In this document: positions 1 through 7,612 of the stretch, in pieces
How the letters are laid out: every line of letters begins with the position of its first letter
How positions within the stretch are numbered: the first letter of the stretch is position 1
Assembly: GCA_050633305.1 (NCBI GenBank)
Contig: JBOEGF010000029.1
Location: forward strand, 1-44,121
Source: Nannocystales bacterium
Lineage (GTDB): Bacteria; Myxococcota_A; Polyangia; Nannocystales; Nannocystaceae
Reading direction: 5' to 3'
Length of the DNA stretch: 44,121 bases
Translations under genes and position numbers: made by a program
The notes under the pieces: generated by a model
Databases searched by the model: none
Told to the model about the DNA's origin: nothing
What the model saw: only the letters and a program-made list of their open reading frames with translations

Positions 1-218
1 GATCTGCGCAGACGACCCCGAAACCTGCGAGGACGCCTTCTTGCAGTGCGAGATTCTTGCGGAGTCTTGCTGGGGCGAGCCTCCGCTCGACCCCTGCAGC
101 GAGGAAGTCAACGCCTGCTTCTCCGACGCCGACCAGATCTGCGCCGAAGACCCCGAAGCCTGCGAGGACGTCTTCTTGCAGTGCGAGATTCTTGCAGAGT
201 CTTGCTTGGGCGAGCCTC
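1..218 (+). repeat. Intragenic direct repeat, 135-nt period
   Basis: gatctgcgc..gaccccgaa.cctgcgaggacg.cttcttgcagtgcgagattcttgc.gagtcttgct.gggcgagcctc occurs at 1 and again at 136. A third, diverged copy is visible at protein level (ACAEAPETCDDSFLECEAMLDAC). Confidence 0.9.
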
Positions 219-367
219 ACCCCTGCCCCGACGAGCCGGGTGACTCCGAATGTGTCGACGAAGCGTTCGCATGCTTCGACCAAGCCGAGCTTGCGTGTGC
301 GGAGGCCCCCGAAACCTGCGACGACTCGTTCCTGGAGTGCGAAGCGATGCTCGATGCCTGCGCCTAG
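2..367 (+). CDS. 5'-truncated acidic cysteine-rich repeat protein (C-terminal part only)
   Basis: Frame is open from nt 2 (ICADDPETCEDAFLQCEILAESC...) to TAG at 365-367. It is very rich in Cys/Asp/Glu and has an internal 45-aa repeat. Confidence 0.75.
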   Translation: MCADDPETCEDAFLQCEILAESCWGEPPLDPCSEEVNACFSDADQICAEDPEACEDVFLQCEILAESCLGEPHPCPDEPGDSECVDEAFACFDQAELACAEAPETCDDSFLECEAMLDACA

Positions 368-391
368 GGCCGGAGGAACGACGAGCAGCAC

Positions 392-416
392 GTGTCGTGG
401 AACCGTTCCGCGACAC
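392..416. terminator. Inverted repeat between convergent genes (possible bidirectional terminator)
   Basis: gtgtcgtggaac-c-gttccgcgacac, 12-bp arms with one mismatch, lying between the stops at 367 (+) and 416 (-). No U-tract. Confidence 0.4.
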
Positions 417-1900
417 TATTCAGCGGCGTGCTCGACGAGCAGAGCGTAGAACTGAACCGCCGAACGCAGATCCTCTAGAGCGATGCGTTCGTCGGTTCCG
501 TGCATCCGGGCCCGGTCACTTGGAGAGAGACGGACGGGAAGAAACCGGAATGCCCCCTGCTCGGTGAGCGGTTGGTAGTAGCGGACATCGGTACCGCCAA
601 TGACGAGGTACGGGGCCACGACGGCGTCGGGATAGACGGAGCTGAGCACGCGCCGAACCAGCGCAAACGCATCTCCGTCGATGTCCGACTGCGGCGTGGC
701 CTCTCGGCATTCCCCCGCGCAGCGGACCTCGACCTCTGGATCGTCGACAACGTCCACGACATGCTCGAGTACATCTTGAACCGAGTCGCCCGGCAGCAGA
801 CGGAAGTTCACGATGGCCCGGGCCCTCGACGCCACCACGTTGTCCGCAACGCCCGCATCGAACCGAGTCACAGCCGTCGTTGTCCGCACACTCGCGTTGC
901 TGGCCTGTTGCGTCCCCAATCCCCAGGCGATGAGCGGATCGAACAGCCAACGGTTCGCCAACACGAGCCGCCACGCCCAGGGTGTGTGCGGCGTGATGGC
1001 GTCGATCATCAAGCCGGTGCTGCCGCGAGCCTGCGTCGGAAAAGGGTCGGCCTCGAGCCGGGCGACCGCAGCCCCGAGCCGCCCGATGGTGCTCTGCGAC
1101 GGCGGCATGTTCGAGTGCCCTCCCTCCCCCTGCAGCGTGAGCTCGATCGTTGCGTAGCCCTTCTCCGCGACCCCAACGAGCGCCACCGGCTTCTCGATGC
1201 CGGGCAGCATGTCGGTGATGACGGCCCCGCCTTCGTCGAACGCGAACCAAGGCCGCACCCCACGACGCTCCAATTCCGCGGCCACGGTCGCCGCGCCAGC
1301 CTTGCCGCCCGTTTCTTCGTCGTGCCCGAACGCGATCAGCACGGTCCTTCGGGGCGCATATCCGCGAGCCACCAACGACTCGACGGCTTCGAGCAAGCCC
1401 ACGGTTCCAAGCTTGTCGTCGATCGCCCCACGGCCCCAAACGTAGCCGCCCTCGATGGCGCCCGAAAACGGCGGATGTGTCCAATCGGACTCGGTCCCCG
1501 GCTCGACCGGGACCACATCCGTATGGGCTGCGAACAGGACCGGGGCCGCGTTGGGGTCGGAGCCGGCCCATGTGTAGAGCAAGCTGTCTTCGATCAACTC
1601 GAGCGACATCGCGGCATGTGCTTGCGGATAGAGGTCGGCGAGCGTCCGGCGCAGGCGCTCGAAGGACGCCCGGTCGGCGCCGGCCTGGGGCTCACCGGTG
1701 GTCGCAAACACGGTGATGGTTTGATGCCGAACCACCGTACTCATGCGCCGAGCGACGGCCTCCGCATCGACCTCCGGCGGGGCGAGCAGGTCTCGAGGCG
1801 CGGGCGGTGCCGACACCATCGTCGCGCGAATCGACAGCACGACAAACAAGCCTCCGACCGCAGCGCCCGCCCAACGAAGACCGCGGCGCCAGCGGGACAC
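416..1900 (-). CDS. M20 family metallopeptidase (CPS1/PM20D1-like), N-terminal membrane anchor
   Basis: Motifs AHTDVVP, GRGAIDDK, GHDEETGG, DEGG, GGHS and HGTDE, plus a hydrophobic N-terminus. Start placed at GTG 1900 because the ORF-track start (2029) overlaps the upstream gene. Confidence 0.9.
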   Translation of the reverse strand: MSRWRRGLRWAGAAVGGLFVVLSIRATMVSAPPAPRDLLAPPEVDAEAVARRMSTVVRHQTITVFATTGEPQAGADRASFERLRRTLADLYPQAHAAMSLELIEDSLLYTWAGSDPNAAPVLFAAHTDVVPVEPGTESDWTHPPFSGAIEGGYVWGRGAIDDKLGTVGLLEAVESLVARGYAPRRTVLIAFGHDEETGGKAGAATVAAELERRGVRPWFAFDEGGAVITDMLPGIEKPVALVGVAEKGYATIELTLQGEGGHSNMPPSQSTIGRLGAAVARLEADPFPTQARGSTGLMIDAITPHTPWAWRLVLANRWLFDPLIAWGLGTQQASNASVRTTTAVTRFDAGVADNVVASRARAIVNFRLLPGDSVQDVLEHVVDVVDDPEVEVRCAGECREATPQSDIDGDAFALVRRVLSSVYPDAVVAPYLVIGGTDVRYYQPLTEQGAFRFLPVRLSPSDRARMHGTDERIALEDLRSAVQFYALLVEHAAE

Positions 1901-1920
1901 CGCAGGCTTTTCGTCCGTGC

Positions 1921-3960
1921 TCAGGGAACAGCCCCCGGCCCGGCTCCGGTCAAGTCGACGGACTCGATGACATCCCCGCTGAGACCCACAACCTCGAGGT
2001 GAGGAGGCTTGCCTTCCTCGAACGTCCACAGCGTCACATGCTGCTGGGCGCTGAAGGCCTGAACTTGGCCAGCGTATTCCTTGGGCGGAACCTTGGCGTA
2101 GTACGGGGCCCCGCTCCCGCCGCTGATCACCGAGTAGACCGAGTTTTTTGCGCCCGACACGGTCTCGGGACCGATGAGCGCGCGGGAGTAGTTGTGCTCG
2201 TCCCCCGACACGTAGGCCAGCACGTCATGCTCGGCGAGGATGCTCCAGAACCGCTCGCGCATCGTGTTGACGGCCTCGATCTCGCCGTTCCACCACATCG
2301 CGTCTTTGATGTGTCCGCCCACGGGGAATGAGGGCTCGTGTCCCATCACGACGATCTGCTTCGCGCCTGCCGCTCGGGCGGCCGAGAGGTCCTCCTCCAG
2401 CCACTTCATCTGGCCGTCCATGATGAAGCCCTCCCGGTTCCCCTTCCCTTCATTCCGAGGGTGCCCGGGGTGACTGGTGCGCCAGTAGTTGGTGTTGAGC
2501 ATGACCAGGTGCACATCGCCGAGGTCCACGGAGTAGACGGTTTCGTCGTAGCTCGGAGCCCCCTCGGTCTCTGGTGCGGGCGCGCCACTGGGGTTGACCA
2601 TCAAGGACGCAAAACGAGCCTCCGCGGAGTCCTCTCCGGGCTTGCTGAGCGAGACCCCGTCGGCCTTCATGTCGACGATCGCCTCATGGTTTCCCATGCC
2701 CGTGTAGATCGGGATGCTGCCCGCAACGGGCTCGGCTACGCGCTGCCACGTTCGGATCTCGTGAACGTAGTCGTCGACGTGGGTCGAGTAACCGTCGATG
2801 AGATCGCCGGGAAAGAAGACCGCCTCGACGCCACGTCGTTGCGCGATGCCAAGCAGGCCGGCCAAAACGGTCGCGTTGACGCCCGCGTACGCCTCGCGAC
2901 CGGGGCCCACCCCACTGCGAGAATCCGAGAGGATCGCGATACGCACCGGGCCCGTGCTCCGGCGTGTGCGGACCGTACGTGGGGGCGCAGCCGAGGTCTC
3001 GACCCCATCACAGACCGCCACCTGATAGGCGTACGCCGTCCCCGCCTCGAGTCCGTCGACGGTGATCTCGTGACGACGGCTCGGCTCTTTCGAGACGGTC
3101 GGGGTGCGGTCGGCGACTGCGACCGCCGCGGTTGTCGCGACATCGGTTTCAAAGCTCACGATGAAACGGGACTGCGAGACCTGATGCACGAAGGGCCCAA
3201 GAACGACGGTCGGGAGCTGTACCAGCTCGAAGTGCTCCCCCTTGGGCTCGAGCCGGAATCCCGACCGGCCCTCGGCCAGTACCGTAGTTCCAAGCTCTGG
3301 CTGGAACTGCTCGAGTTGCCATGACAGCTCACCATAGCCGCGTGTACGTGCGTTGTTGACGTCGTACTTCGGCTTGAACAAACCGGAGATGTCGCCCGAG
3401 ATCTCGTGCACCCGCCCCTTGCGGCGGCGCGTCTCCAACTCCTGGTTGCGATACCGCGGTGGCGAGAACGGATCCTCCTCCACCCGAAGGCCGACGTATC
3501 CGGATCCGGCGGGCGAGGATGTCCGCGTCTCCCATCGCATCGTCATCATGCCTTCGGGAGACAAGGTCACCCACGGCAGCACCGTGAAGTACATCGCCGC
3601 CCAGTCGACGTTCTGCGGCTCTCCTTTGGGTTTGAGACCTCGCAGTGCCCTCCAGTTGGCGATCCGTTGGACGCCCTTGGACGGCATCGCGCGTCTGCGG
3701 CCAGCCTTGCGCGGCTTGGGCTGCAGCGCTGCGACGCCTGCCGCTGCAAGGGCCGCGGCGCGCAGCGACTGCACATCTGGCTTCACGGGCTCGGCCTGGA
3801 TCGACGCCGTCTCCCGAACCGATGCCGCGGCCGGGGTCTCTTCGTCGCAAGATGCGTCCGCGGCATCCTGGGTCTGCGGTGGCGTCGTGGTCGTGGGCGC
3901 GGGCTTGCAACTGACGAGCAAGCTCGCGACCAACGGCAGGATGCGCAACGGGACTCGCAT
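1921..3960 (-). CDS. Lipoprotein with FN3-like and calcineurin-like metallophosphoesterase domains (purple acid phosphatase-like)
   Basis: Lipobox LLVSC; FN3-like segment HEITVDGLEAGTAYAYQV; phosphoesterase motifs SDSR, PGDLIDG, GNHE, GHEP and GDEH. Confidence 0.85.
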   Translation of the reverse strand: MRVPLRILPLVASLLVSCKPAPTTTTPPQTQDAADASCDEETPAAASVRETASIQAEPVKPDVQSLRAAALAAAGVAALQPKPRKAGRRRAMPSKGVQRIANWRALRGLKPKGEPQNVDWAAMYFTVLPWVTLSPEGMMTMRWETRTSSPAGSGYVGLRVEEDPFSPPRYRNQELETRRRKGRVHEISGDISGLFKPKYDVNNARTRGYGELSWQLEQFQPELGTTVLAEGRSGFRLEPKGEHFELVQLPTVVLGPFVHQVSQSRFIVSFETDVATTAAVAVADRTPTVSKEPSRRHEITVDGLEAGTAYAYQVAVCDGVETSAAPPRTVRTRRSTGPVRIAILSDSRSGVGPGREAYAGVNATVLAGLLGIAQRRGVEAVFFPGDLIDGYSTHVDDYVHEIRTWQRVAEPVAGSIPIYTGMGNHEAIVDMKADGVSLSKPGEDSAEARFASLMVNPSGAPAPETEGAPSYDETVYSVDLGDVHLVMLNTNYWRTSHPGHPRNEGKGNREGFIMDGQMKWLEEDLSAARAAGAKQIVVMGHEPSFPVGGHIKDAMWWNGEIEAVNTMRERFWSILAEHDVLAYVSGDEHNYSRALIGPETVSGAKNSVYSVISGGSGAPYYAKVPPKEYAGQVQAFSAQQHVTLWTFEEGKPPHLEVVGLSGDVIESVDLTGAGPGAVP

Positions 3961-4103
3961 GCGGCAAACCTACCCGTTCATTCTGCACGGCGAGGCCGGA
4001 ATTCTCTGCGGCCGTCCGGCAGCCGAGTCGGGCCGACTGAGGTGCGCTTGACGGCTCCAGGCGCCCTGTGCCAAGTCTCGAAGAGCGTCAGAGAGACTTG
4101 AAT

Positions 4104-4661
4104 ATGCGAAAGATCAGCACCAGCGCCCTCATCCTGGCTCTTGGCTTGGCCATGGGCGGTTGCCACCCGAACCTCGCACCTGTCCTCTCGCCGCAGAGCG
4201 CCGTGCTCGGCCCGACGGGTGAAGCGCTCACGGAAGAAGAGGTCGCACAAGCGATCCTGCGCGCCTGCGCGATCAAGACGTGGACCGTCGCGCAGAACGA
4301 AGGTGGAACCATCGTCGCGAGTGTCCGCGCGGGCGGGCACACTGCAACGATCCAGATCCGGTACAACGCCGGCGGCTGGGTGATCGAGCACCAGGAGAGT
4401 AGCGAGGGCTTGAAGTTCGATGGCGAGCTGATTCACCGGCGGTACAACAACTGGATCAACTCGTTGGACGCGACGATCAAGAAAGAGATCCTGACCCCCA
4501 CGATCGCAGCGGCTGCACCAGCTGCGGCCCCCGCGGAAGCCGCAGCGCCAGCCGAGCCCGCAGCACCCGCAGATGCAGCTGCGCCTGCGGACGCGCCTCC
4601 GCCCGCATCCGCTCCTCCGTCAAACACGCCCGAGCCCGATCCCAGCTGGAACGACGGCTAG
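4104..4661 (+). CDS. Conserved small lipoprotein with Ala/Pro-rich tail
   Basis: Signal/lipobox MRKISTSALILALGLAMGGC. The core ...GHTATIQIRY...LKFDGELIHRRYNNWINSLD resembles a widespread uncharacterised proteobacterial lipoprotein. AAPA-repeat tail. Confidence 0.8.
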   Translation: MRKISTSALILALGLAMGGCHPNLAPVLSPQSAVLGPTGEALTEEEVAQAILRACAIKTWTVAQNEGGTIVASVRAGGHTATIQIRYNAGGWVIEHQESSEGLKFDGELIHRRYNNWINSLDATIKKEILTPTIAAAAPAAAPAEAAAPAEPAAPADAAAPADAPPPASAPPSNTPEPDPSWNDG

Positions 4662-4683
4662 GGGCCGTCCCTAGTCCCGGGAC

Positions 4684-5412
4684 TCAGTCCTCGATCTCGT
4701 AGCCCGCGTCGATTTCGAAGTCGAACTCGACGACAACCGGCGGTCCGTCGTATCCGGGGTACGGCGCCGAAGCGGTCGCCGCCCGCAGACACTCCACCAG
4801 GCCGGTGTCTTTGGGCGCGTCTTCGGAGACCTTGCCGTTGATACCCAACGGGCGCTTGCCCGCCGGGTTGAGCAGAACCTCCATCGTCGCCGTGCCCTGC
4901 AAGGAGACGTCATCGCCAGCCTTGGCATCCTCGACGCATCGATCCATCTGCGCCCGCTGACGCTCGAACGCGCCCAGCAAGACGAACTCGTCGGGTCGCT
5001 CAGCCCCATCGGCGACCAGTTCCGTGCTCGCGTTGGGGTCGAAGGTCGGGACGGCGGCGACGTTCGCCGAGGCGGTCGCTCCGCTGAGGCCGACGACGGA
5101 TGCGAAGAATGCAGCAAGTGCTGCCTGTGCGACGCGGCCGAAGCGAAGCCCAACGGCGCCACCACGGGACCAGCGAACCTCAGCCTTGGCAGCGAGCGGA
5201 GCCGATTGGCCCGGTAGGGCGACACTGACGTTCACCTCTTCGCCCACCGGGAGCCCGCCATCTCCGACGATTTTGGCCCCCCCAACGCTGAGGTCCTCAC
5301 TGGTGAACGACAACGTGGACTCCCCGTGGGTCGCCTCGATCGCGACTTGAAGAGGGAATCTCTCGTGCTCTCTCCGTTCTGCGTTGGCCCCGACCATGAT
5401 GGAACTCACCAT
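4684..5412 (-). CDS. PilZ domain protein fused to hydrophobic segment and AgmX/TonB-C-like C-terminal domain
   Basis: RREHER (RxxxR) and DLSVGG (D/NxSxxG) c-di-GMP motifs; hydrophobic AALAAFFASVVGLSGATASA; C-terminal domain with two Cys and YPGYDGPPVVVEFDF. Confidence 0.8.
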   Translation of the reverse strand: MVSSIMVGANAERREHERFPLQVAIEATHGESTLSFTSEDLSVGGAKIVGDGGLPVGEEVNVSVALPGQSAPLAAKAEVRWSRGGAVGLRFGRVAQAALAAFFASVVGLSGATASANVAAVPTFDPNASTELVADGAERPDEFVLLGAFERQRAQMDRCVEDAKAGDDVSLQGTATMEVLLNPAGKRPLGINGKVSEDAPKDTGLVECLRAATASAPYPGYDGPPVVVEFDFEIDAGYEIED

Positions 5413-5417
5413 GCCAA

Positions 5418-5453
5418 TTACATGAACAGGTATATGTAACCGAAACTACATAT
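5418..5453. promoter_or_regulatory. AT-rich overlapping palindromes upstream of PilZ gene (candidate TF site)
   Basis: atatgta-N8-tacatat (5432-5453) overlapping ttacat-N10-atgtaa (5418-5439). Confidence 0.45.
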
Positions 5454-6319
5454 CAGAAGGATTTCATTGGCCGCGTCCGAAACACCCACGTCGCGACCGA
5501 CGCCGAGAGCAGCACGAACAACGCGTACAGCATGGGCAGCCACAGCACCTGTCGCTGCTCCGCTTCGGGAAACGCGGCGAGAATGATCGCAAAAGCCAGC
5601 GGGCTGTTTTGGATGCCAGTCTCCAGCGCAACGGCCCGGCGCTGAGCCTCTCCCATCCCGAACGCTCGACTGACCGCGTAGCCCAACCCCATCCCTGCGA
5701 TTCCAAGCCCGACGGCTGCGGCGTATCCCGCGGCGGGGATCTGCGAGAGGTCCTCGTGGTTGGACCACAAGCTCGTCGCGATCAACAAAACGAGAACGAT
5801 CACCCCGCAGGCCGACCCCAACCGTTCGGCCCGCAGTGCGGCCGTTTCGCTTCGGGCTCGGATCGCAACGCCGATCCCCACAGGGACCAAGACCAGCGCC
5901 AGCGTCGTGGCGATGTTTGCCAACGGCAGGCTCAACTCGGTCGAGGTCAGCGGCGTCGCATAGACCAGCAGCAGCAACGGCATCACAACCGTGGCCACCG
6001 CGGTGGAGACAACGGTCATCGACACACTCAACGCCACGTCGGCGCCGGCGTAGTAGGTGAACATGTTCGACGTCGTTCCGCCCGGCGTGCATCCGATGAG
6101 CACCAGACCCACCGCCATCGGTGCGGGGAGGTCCAAGCCCTTGGCCAGCCCGAACGCGACGAGCGGCATCCAGCCAAACTGCGAAGCGAGGCCGATCAGC
6201 ACGCCTTTGGGCGACTTGAGCACATCGCGAAAGTGGCCAGGGCTGAGCGTGGCCCCGATGCCGGTCATCAGAACCAGCAGCAGGACCGCCAGCAGAGCTT
6301 TTTCGACCGGCCCCAGCAT
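5453..6319 (-). CDS. Bile acid:sodium symporter (BASS/SBF) family transporter
   Basis: Multiple TM helices; motifs QFGWMP, GCTPGGTTSN, ADVALSVSMT and ETGIQN. ATG 6319 lies just after the stop of the upstream gene. Confidence 0.92.
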   Translation of the reverse strand: MLGPVEKALLAVLLLVLMTGIGATLSPGHFRDVLKSPKGVLIGLASQFGWMPLVAFGLAKGLDLPAPMAVGLVLIGCTPGGTTSNMFTYYAGADVALSVSMTVVSTAVATVVMPLLLLVYATPLTSTELSLPLANIATTLALVLVPVGIGVAIRARSETAALRAERLGSACGVIVLVLLIATSLWSNHEDLSQIPAAGYAAAVGLGIAGMGLGYAVSRAFGMGEAQRRAVALETGIQNSPLAFAIILAAFPEAEQRQVLWLPMLYALFVLLSASVATWVFRTRPMKSF

Positions 6320-6323
6320 GGGC

Positions 6324-7556
6324 TCACGAGCAGACTTCGCGGAACGCCGCGAGTGCGCCATCGACCGCAGCATCTGGGGTCGCCATGCTCAGCCGCAGGT
6401 GTCCCGGGACTCCGAACGCGGTGCCCGGGACAACGATGGTTCGCTTGGCGAGCAGCGCGTCGGTCAGCTTGACGTCCGCGTCCTCATCTCCACGAAGAGA
6501 CTCGGGCAGCCGCGGGAACAAGAAGAAGCCAGCGCGCGGCTCGGAGACCCCGAACCCTAGCTCCTTCAGGCCTGCTGCCATCTTTCGGCACCGACGCGCG
6601 TACACCTCGACATCGACGCGACCTTCGGGCGTGCCCAGGACCTTGGGCAGGACACGCTGCATGAGCGCGGGTGCGTTCACGAAGCCCAAGACCCGGTTGC
6701 AGAAGCCCAGACCGCGCGCCACCGTTTCGACACCGGCCATCTTCGGAGACAGCGCGATGTATCCGATGCGCTCGCCGGCCAAGCCGAGATCCTTGGAATG
6801 GCTGGTGAGCAGCGCGGTGTGCTCGTACAGCCGCATCATCGAGGGGACGTCCGACCCGTCGTAGGTCAGGTCGCGATAAGGACTGTCCTCCAGCACGACG
6901 ACCGGGCGTTCGCGAGTTTCGTTGACCGCGCGAAGCGCATCCGCGAGTCGGCGCAGAACAGCCTCGGAGTAGATCGCACCGGTCGGGTTGTTGGGCGAGT
7001 TGATGAGGATGGCCCGGGTGCGGTCGGTCAGCGCCGCCATCATCGCGTCAACGTCCGGCTCGAACGCGTCGGTCGCACGCACCGGGACCAGCTGAGCACC
7101 CACGTTTGTGCAGTAGTGGTCGTACTCCGTGAAGTACGGCGCGGGCACCATCACGGTGTCGCCGGGGTCCAAAATGGCCCGGAAAAACACATTCACGGCC
7201 CCGGCAGCGCCCACCGTCATCAAGACATGGCCCTCATTGAGCTCGAGTCCGTATCGGGCCGACTCCCGCCCCGCGAGGAACTCCCGGACCTCCGGAAAGC
7301 CCGCGTTGGTCATGTAGCGGTGCATTCCCGGCGGTTCGTCCTCGAGGACCTCCACGACCGCCTTCTGCCACGCGGTTGGGGGCTCGAGACTGGGATTCCC
7401 CAAGGAGAGGTCGTGAACCGGCCCTCCGCCGTCTTTTTGGAGCTGACCTGCGAGCTCGAACATGCGGCGAGTCCACGACTCTTTCGACCCGAGGAGGGTG
7501 TCGCGAACACGAGAGGAGAGCTGGGCTGCGCCTGCGTCGACCACGGCCCGGAACAT
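6324..7556 (-). CDS. PLP-dependent class I/II aminotransferase (aspartate aminotransferase-like)
   Basis: DLSLGNP, YMTNAG, INSPNNPTG, DSPY, SHSKDLGLAGERIGY (PLP Lys), VPGTAFG. The true start may be GTG 7544. Confidence 0.92.
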   Translation of the reverse strand: MFRAVVDAGAAQLSSRVRDTLLGSKESWTRRMFELAGQLQKDGGGPVHDLSLGNPSLEPPTAWQKAVVEVLEDEPPGMHRYMTNAGFPEVREFLAGRESARYGLELNEGHVLMTVGAAGAVNVFFRAILDPGDTVMVPAPYFTEYDHYCTNVGAQLVPVRATDAFEPDVDAMMAALTDRTRAILINSPNNPTGAIYSEAVLRRLADALRAVNETRERPVVVLEDSPYRDLTYDGSDVPSMMRLYEHTALLTSHSKDLGLAGERIGYIALSPKMAGVETVARGLGFCNRVLGFVNAPALMQRVLPKVLGTPEGRVDVEVYARRCRKMAAGLKELGFGVSEPRAGFFLFPRLPESLRGDEDADVKLTDALLAKRTIVVPGTAFGVPGHLRLSMATPDAAVDGALAAFREVCS

Positions 7557-7612
7557 AGCAGCGAAAACCCCGTATTGGGTCCGGCCGCGCTACACTCCCG
7601 TCCGCTAGCCCC

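Noticed and set aside
500..2002. Long antisense or alternative-frame ORFs (e.g. 500-2002, 8321-9922, 11742-13139, 15504-17447, 24036-25487, 29886-31445, 36455-38173)
   Set aside because: These are shadows of well-supported genes, expected from stop-codon scarcity in high-GC DNA, and carry no motifs.
4059..4075. TTGGCAC on the minus strand as a sigma54 -24 element (similar one near 15531)
   Set aside because: No TTGC at the -12 position.
5420..5440. Possible Myxococcus-type LexA box (GTTCA core on the minus strand)
   Set aside because: Several mismatches to the consensus as I recall it, and the downstream gene is not SOS-like.
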